DNA from: an uncultured Nitrososphaeraceae archaeon
GTDB lineage: Archaea > Thermoproteota > Nitrososphaeria > Nitrososphaerales > Nitrososphaeraceae
NCBI GenBank assembly: GCA_963825865.1
Contig: CAWGVG010000060.1
Coordinates: 32,001 to 96,000, forward strand
Direction: 5' to 3'
Length of the DNA: 64,000 bases
Shown here piece after piece: positions 58,645 through 64,000 of the stretch (position 1 is its first letter; each line of letters begins with the position of its first letter). The position numbers and the translations under genes were made by a program. The notes beneath the pieces are model-generated. The model ran no database searches. It had not been told where the DNA came from and saw only the letters and a list, made by a program, of their open reading frames with translations.

Positions 58645-59639
58645 TAAGTTAAAACCTCTAAAACTTTTGGTTCTATTATCCTCTTATGAATATCCCTAAT
58701 AGGCTGCCTCATCTTGATTAGTCTCTTTGGAACTCCTGGGATAGACCCTTTTACCACAATGTAGTCGCCTTTTACCAGTCCAAAATGTTTGAAACCGCCA
58801 GTAGGAGTTATCGAATTTTGTTCGTCTCTTTCAGTATTTGATAATAACAAAATCCTCTTGTTATATTCAGTTCTCTGGTGAAAACCCCTTTGACCCTGCC
58901 TTGCAACGGTATACATTACTACAGCAGGCGAGATTGGACCCAGTGTGCCAACAGCACGGACACTCTTTCTTGACTTGTGCTGTTTTCTCTTTACGCCAAA
59001 CCTAGTTATTGGGCCTTCGACTCCTTTACCCCTCGTGATCCCAAAGACATCAATATATTGGCCTACCTGAAAAATATCACTTATACGAACTTGTTTGCCA
59101 AGGAGACTCTTTGCATAGTCATATCGAGCTTTAACATCCTTACCGGAAACAGCTATTTCAAAAACAAATGGTTTCTTTTGTGGAATGTTTATCTCATAGG
59201 GTGAGATTGCAACTATAGCCATTATTGAATTTGTCTTATCGAGAAGAGACACGGATTTTGCAAATGCTGCTTCATTATACTTGGCATCAAATTTTCGTAC
59301 GAGTTCTTTTGGAAGATCTTTTGCGTAAACATCAAAGAGAGCATGCCTTCCATAGAGATCTTGGTCATAACCACGAATACCAATAATCTTGATTGGTGGC
59401 GTAACAATAAGTGTTGACGAATTTAAAAGATGTTTTCCAAAATTTGGAGTCTTGTCTCTGTCATCGACAGTTAATATATTAATTTCACCTGCTTTAAAAC
59501 CTGCAAAACCAAGCAAAGCAGTTTTTTCTAGTGCAACGTTGGGCCAATTTCGCACTCTGGCCTCTAAGCTTTTCGCTCTAGCTCGCGGCCTAAATGCTAC
59601 GCTACCCCTCCTTGGCGCACTGTATTTACGGTGACCCAT
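58644..59639 (-). CDS. rpl3: 50S ribosomal protein L3
   Basis: MGHRKYSAPRRGS, GFKAG and GFHQRTEYNK. Confidence 0.97.
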   Translation of the reverse strand: MGHRKYSAPRRGSVAFRPRARAKSLEARVRNWPNVALEKTALLGFAGFKAGEINILTVDDRDKTPNFGKHLLNSSTLIVTPPIKIIGIRGYDQDLYGRHALFDVYAKDLPKELVRKFDAKYNEAAFAKSVSLLDKTNSIMAIVAISPYEINIPQKKPFVFEIAVSGKDVKARYDYAKSLLGKQVRISDIFQVGQYIDVFGITRGKGVEGPITRFGVKRKQHKSRKSVRAVGTLGPISPAVVMYTVARQGQRGFHQRTEYNKRILLLSNTERDEQNSITPTGGFKHFGLVKGDYIVVKGSIPGVPKRLIKMRQPIRDIHKRIIEPKVLEVLT

Positions 59640-59814
59640 AGATAGAGCAAAAGTCCATTTCTCCCTTAATAAATTTATAACTGCTTAGGAGGAGGAATAT
59701 GCTAATCTACGTTTTCAAATTTGGAATTGCAAAAAACGAAAATCAAAAGGAAGTCGACTAATGAGAAGAATCTTTTGTGGACTTGGTGCTACATGATTCA
59801 TTTTAAGAATAATA

Positions 59815-60666
59815 TCAATATTTGGATAAAACATGGTTAAGGATGGCCAGCGTTCCCAACACTGATTCTTCTAATCTCACAGTTTCGGTGCCTTGAAAAG
59901 GAAACATATTTACAACAAATTCATAGGATTTTATACTCTGTCCTTCATCACTCAAAATTTGTTCGACTCCTTTTTTGGGCCCACCGAAAACTAATAATAG
60001 ATTACGTATCGATTTTAACCTCTCAGTAAGTTTAGCCTCATTGCTTTTGAAATACGATCCTTTTCTAGAGGTGATAACAACTTCTGTATTTTCAGTTCCT
60101 TTCAGCAATTTATGAAGGCTCGGAACTTCTTTCACTTCATATCCCCAATAATAACCTTTAATATCTTCGGTAGTAGCCTCCTCAGCCCGTAAATTAGGAT
60201 AAGCTGATGTAAATTTAACATTTACCTTTTTTCCTTCAAATCCTTTGCCATCATAAAGGACAAGAGTACCTAAGCCTACCTCAACGTACAAGGTACCTTT
60301 TACTTTTACAATAACCCCTACACGAATATCGTCAATCTTAATATTCTTCACATCTTCAAGGTGTTTGTGATGAGGTGCCTTTATTGGATGAAGAATTCCT
60401 GCATATTCTAGTTGTATCATTCGCCTATACAAAATTCTTCTCAGATACTGAGGAGTGTCAAGATAGCGCAATAGTGTAGTTAATATAGTAAGGTCTTCCT
60501 TTTCGACTTGAGAATCTTTGCAATGATAGATATAAATTCTTTTTACCCTAAATATCGCAGATGCTCTAGCAAATTGGGAGATTTTGATGCTTTTGTCTCT
60601 CTTTGTCTGTTCATCTGATATGGCTGAATCTGGAATTGCAATCCAAAGTTCCAAAGGATTTTTCAT
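59815..60666 (-). CDS. SPOUT-family RNA methyltransferase (DUF171-like)
   Basis: RASAIFRV, TPQYLR, YWGY and QGTETVRLEE. Confidence 0.85.
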   Translation of the reverse strand: MKNPLELWIAIPDSAISDEQTKRDKSIKISQFARASAIFRVKRIYIYHCKDSQVEKEDLTILTTLLRYLDTPQYLRRILYRRMIQLEYAGILHPIKAPHHKHLEDVKNIKIDDIRVGVIVKVKGTLYVEVGLGTLVLYDGKGFEGKKVNVKFTSAYPNLRAEEATTEDIKGYYWGYEVKEVPSLHKLLKGTENTEVVITSRKGSYFKSNEAKLTERLKSIRNLLLVFGGPKKGVEQILSDEGQSIKSYEFVVNMFPFQGTETVRLEESVLGTLAILNHVLSKY

Positions 60667-61326
60667 TTATTCTTCCAATAAATGCTTGATCATATCTTCG
60701 TGAAATCCGTTGGCTCCGAACATAATTTGGCGTACTATTCCTTTCTTATCGATTAGAATGGCAGATGGAGTGCCTTGCAGCCCATACTCCTCGAAGGTTT
60801 CAGCCAAATATTGTTTCGTGTTGAAATATTGTTTGACACGTTCAATCATGATTGTTTTATTATTTTCATCATAAGATGAGAAATCAGGTACATTTGCCTC
60901 TATAAAGGCCATGACTCCCTCTTGAGAATAATTTCGTTCTTTTTTCAATGAATCCATTGCTACAGGAAATGGAATATTATAAGGTAATTTCTTTCCTTGA
61001 ATCAATTGACCATATTGTCTAAGTGCGCTGCGTGTCTCACCAATTACTTCTCCACTGGAAAATAACAGTTTCAAATTATCAAGGGTATTCTTGTCGTAGT
61101 CTTCAAATGCTGTTGCAAGCCCAATGACAACAACACCACTGTTATGATATTTTCTATAAATATCTATTGCAGCTGGAATACCATAAAGAAAGCATCCAGG
61201 GCAATTAACTTGGAAGACCTCTAGGAAGACAACGTGGCCTTTTTCTTTATCGATATTAGTCGGCTCACCATAAACCCATTCAGAAACCTTAAGATTTGGT
61301 GCTGTTGAACCAATCTGTATAACCAT
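60667..61326 (-). CDS. TlpA/redoxin-family thiol oxidoreductase
   Basis: FQVNCPGC and GTPS..LIDK.G. Confidence 0.8.
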   Translation of the reverse strand: MVIQIGSTAPNLKVSEWVYGEPTNIDKEKGHVVFLEVFQVNCPGCFLYGIPAAIDIYRKYHNSGVVVIGLATAFEDYDKNTLDNLKLLFSSGEVIGETRSALRQYGQLIQGKKLPYNIPFPVAMDSLKKERNYSQEGVMAFIEANVPDFSSYDENNKTIMIERVKQYFNTKQYLAETFEEYGLQGTPSAILIDKKGIVRQIMFGANGFHEDMIKHLLEE

Positions 61327-61373
61327 AAAATGAAATTTGGCTAAACATTATTTAAATCAATGGCGGACCTCAT

Positions 61374-62099
61374 TTATTTGATCTTTTCTTTTGCCATTCT
61401 GGCGTATTTTTCTATCTCTTCCTCTTCAACTTTCCGCATAGTTTTTGTGTCATTGTCTATAATCGCCATTTTTATATGTCTAATACCTGTTTTATCTTCA
61501 CTTACTAGATAAATTGATTCCATTGCCAGAGTGCTCGCCTCATCCATAGAGATGTCGTTATTATAACTTTTTTCTAAGAATTCAGTAACTTGATCACTGC
61601 CTGCACCGATAGCCACTGCATCATAGCCAATGTATGTACCACTGGGATCGGTTAGATAAAGAGCTGCACCGCTCTTGTCAACTCCTGCGAGAATCAATGC
61701 AACTCCAAAAGGTCTAACGCCTGCATATTGTGTAAATTGCTGAGCCATATCCGCTATGTTTTTGGCAACTCCTTCGACGTCTACCGGTTCATCGTAAATT
61801 AATCGGTTGCTCTGTGCAAAGAACCTTGCATGGTCAACTTGCGTCCTTGCATCAGGAATATAGCCTGCTCCTGCAACTCCAACATGATCATCAACTTGGA
61901 AAATTTTCTGTGTAACATTTGAGATCTGTAATTTTCTAGCTTTTTCTTCGACGGCAAGAATCACACCTGTTTTGCTTTTTATTCCAATAGCTAATGTTCC
62001 TCTTCTAACTGTTTCAATTGCATACTCTACCTGGTAGAGTCGGCCGTCAGGAGAGAAGACAGTGATAGCTCGGTCATAACCCGCTGCTGCTGGTAACAC
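61374..62099 (-). CDS. psmA: Proteasome alpha subunit
   Basis: YDRAITVFSPDGRLYQVEYA, RPFGV and DPSG. Confidence 0.97.
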   Translation of the reverse strand: MLPAAAGYDRAITVFSPDGRLYQVEYAIETVRRGTLAIGIKSKTGVILAVEEKARKLQISNVTQKIFQVDDHVGVAGAGYIPDARTQVDHARFFAQSNRLIYDEPVDVEGVAKNIADMAQQFTQYAGVRPFGVALILAGVDKSGAALYLTDPSGTYIGYDAVAIGAGSDQVTEFLEKSYNNDISMDEASTLAMESIYLVSEDKTGIRHIKMAIIDNDTKTMRKVEEEEIEKYARMAKEKIK

Positions 62100-62196
62100 T
62101 TCATTTTTTACTACTTCGTAAAGTTTAATTTAAATTTACCTTCAAACTTTGCATTTACGGTAGGTTTAATTTTGGCACCAGCAACTTGCAATTGCT

Positions 62197-62616
62197 ATGG
62201 TGCAAGAAGAGGTTGTTTTTTACGGTCATTCAAACATCCGGTCTACACATAACCGTACCTTCGAAATAACCAAAAGTTCAAATCTTACCCCAAAAGGGGA
62301 CTGCATAATTGGTGTTAGAGCAGACAAGGCCTGTAGCGATTTAAATCAGACATTGAAACAGCTTTTGAAGGAAGATAATTCAATTGTCAAGATGGAAATT
62401 ATGGTAGGCAATAAACTATTTCAAATAAAAGGTCATAGCAGTAATGGCCTTTTGCTTTTGAACAAACACGATATCGTAGTAAGGAAAACAAGTTTTATCT
62501 GTCATAGGACCATGTCAGTAGGCTGCGACAAGGCCTCTTCTGACATTCCTAGAGACACTATTCAATTACTGCGAAATCCGGAAACAAAAGGGATTCTCAG
62601 GATAACAATAGAATAG
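62197..62616 (+). CDS. DUF371 family protein
   Basis: GH.NI.STH..TFEIT....LTPKGDCIIGV.A and VVRKT. Confidence 0.85.
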   Translation: MVQEEVVFYGHSNIRSTHNRTFEITKSSNLTPKGDCIIGVRADKACSDLNQTLKQLLKEDNSIVKMEIMVGNKLFQIKGHSSNGLLLLNKHDIVVRKTSFICHRTMSVGCDKASSDIPRDTIQLLRNPETKGILRITIE

Positions 62617-62710
62617 GATTACGCCAGGTTCATACTAGTAAATCAAAACTAATTGAATTTTTGTCGTAAGTCCAATTTTGACGAATTTTTCTCAGTGAGC
62701 TTATAAAAAA

Positions 62711-63529
62711 TTACAGCTTTTTTCCCGTAATTCTTTCATACGCAACTATATAACGATCGCTTAATTTAGCCACAATGTCTGGTGCGATTATTGGCGGTTC
62801 GGGCTTCTTTCCTTCTTTTGCAAATTTGTCTATAGTATCTTTGAATCCAATGTTTATAAGCCAATCTCTTAACAACTGCTTATCATAACTTTCCTGAGTT
62901 TTTCCGGGCTGATAAGATGAACTTAACCACAGACGATACTCGTCAGGACCAAGAGAATCGCTTAAAAGTATCTCGCCGGTCTTAGCATCTCGACCGAATT
63001 CAAATTTAACATCAGCAATAATGAACCCCGCCCTTTCGGCTATCTTGCTCATTTTTTTGTATAACCAGATTGAAGTTTGTTTCATGAAGTCCAATTCTTT
63101 TCTTAATAAAACACCCTGCGATACCATTTCGTCGCCATTAATCGGAATATCGTGTTCCTCAGATTTTGTAGTAGGATCAAATAGAGGCTCAGGTAATTTT
63201 GCGGCCTTTATTAGAGTAGTTTTTCCCTTCTTGTAGCGGCAAAATAAACTACCATAAAGATATCCTCTTACGACGCATTCTATGGGGATCATCTCTAACC
63301 TTTTTACCACCATTTTGTCGATATCTTGAACTCTTATCATGTGATGTTTGGTACCTAAGTTGTTAAACCAGTATTCTCCAAATTTGCAAAGCACCTCTCC
63401 CTTTCTTGGGATAGCTGTAGTCATTTGGATATCGAATGCAGAAATACGGTCAGAAAAATACAATAAAATATTCCCATCTTCTAATTCGTAGATGTCTTTT
63501 ACTTTTCCCTGCCGTAATAATTTCATCAA
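62711..63529 (-). CDS. purC: SAICAR synthetase
   Basis: GKVKDIY, SDRISAFD, ECVVRGY, DVKFEFG and SYDKQ. Confidence 0.96.
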   Translation of the reverse strand: MMKLLRQGKVKDIYELEDGNILLYFSDRISAFDIQMTTAIPRKGEVLCKFGEYWFNNLGTKHHMIRVQDIDKMVVKRLEMIPIECVVRGYLYGSLFCRYKKGKTTLIKAAKLPEPLFDPTTKSEEHDIPINGDEMVSQGVLLRKELDFMKQTSIWLYKKMSKIAERAGFIIADVKFEFGRDAKTGEILLSDSLGPDEYRLWLSSSYQPGKTQESYDKQLLRDWLINIGFKDTIDKFAKEGKKPEPPIIAPDIVAKLSDRYIVAYERITGKKL

Positions 63530-63663
63530 AGAATCTTATTTGAGTCGGATAAAATATGTTTGTAATCCGACGAATGTTTTCCTCTGTTACAATAAGTTAG
63601 TTTTTGATTCAGTGTTTGCTGTAAAAATATCTTCGTTTGGTTTGGATACAGTGTTAAAAATAT

Positions 63664-63738
63664 AGGTCATGGTGGGATTCGGACCCACGACCTAAGGTTT
63701 ACAAAACCTTCGCTCTAACCAATCTGAGCTACATGACC
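63664..63738 (-). tRNA. tRNA-Thr(TGT), atypical
   Basis: GGTCATG/CATGACC-T acceptor, D-stem GCTC/GAGC, AAGGT-TTTGTAA-ACCTT and GTGGG-TCCGAAT-CCCAC. Confidence 0.8.
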
Positions 63739-63845
63739 GCGGTCTAAAGACAAGCGAAATTCTTCAGCTGAACATAATTAATTCTTTCGGCAGAATCCAA
63801 TATTTGCATTCCTTTAAATCGTATATTTAACTAACGATTGTTATC

Positions 63846-64000
63846 GTGACTAAAAAGACATCTGCTGCTTCAAAGTTTGTCGTTGTGGTTACTATCGAGA
63901 ACAAACCGCACATTAATGATCCCGAAGGTGAAACAATTCACCGCGATCTTATACTTAAGGGAGGATATTCAACTGTCGAATCGGTCAGATGTGCAAAGAC
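63846..64000 (+). CDS. purS: FGAM synthase subunit PurS (3' truncated by window)
   Basis: VTIENKPHINDPEGETI...GY..V.SVR..K. Confidence 0.85.
   Translation, partial: MTKKTSAASKFVVVVTIENKPHINDPEGETIHRDLILKGGYSTVESVRCAK

Overview
Low-GC chromosomal segment from a soil ammonia-oxidising archaeon (Thaumarchaeota/Nitrososphaerales-type). The assignment rests on the archaeal 16S-23S operon with no spacer tRNA or 5S, the thaumarchaeal-style ribosomal protein cluster and an ESCRT-III/CdvB paralog. From 1-23 kb the window is accessory: MoeA/MOSC, a WtpABC-type Mo/W transporter, secreted proteins, an orphan solute-binding protein beside a kinase-less Cache sensor, and gene fragments. From 23-64 kb it is mostly core: hemL, rRNA operon, thrC, the biotin genes bioFB/bioAD split by a decayed region and a serine resolvase, thiolase/DUF35, the L3-L6 ribosomal operon, psmA, purC/purS and two tRNAs. 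Many genes, including essential ones, carry single-base frameshifts that are almost certainly consensus errors. They fall mostly on GCWGC and GTAC motifs, which suggests a DNA-modification footprint. The most notable unexplained signals are five co-oriented copies of a 22-24 bp palindrome (TTTCTAAAYTCGARTTTWGAAAG) clustered at 40-51 kb around the resolvase and its res-like site, a helically phased 10-bp repeat array upstream of an HTH remnant, an atypical tRNA-Thr(UGU), and a tRNA-Asn with a non-canonical 27/28 intron. All protein calls come from motif recognition by eye; no database searches were run.
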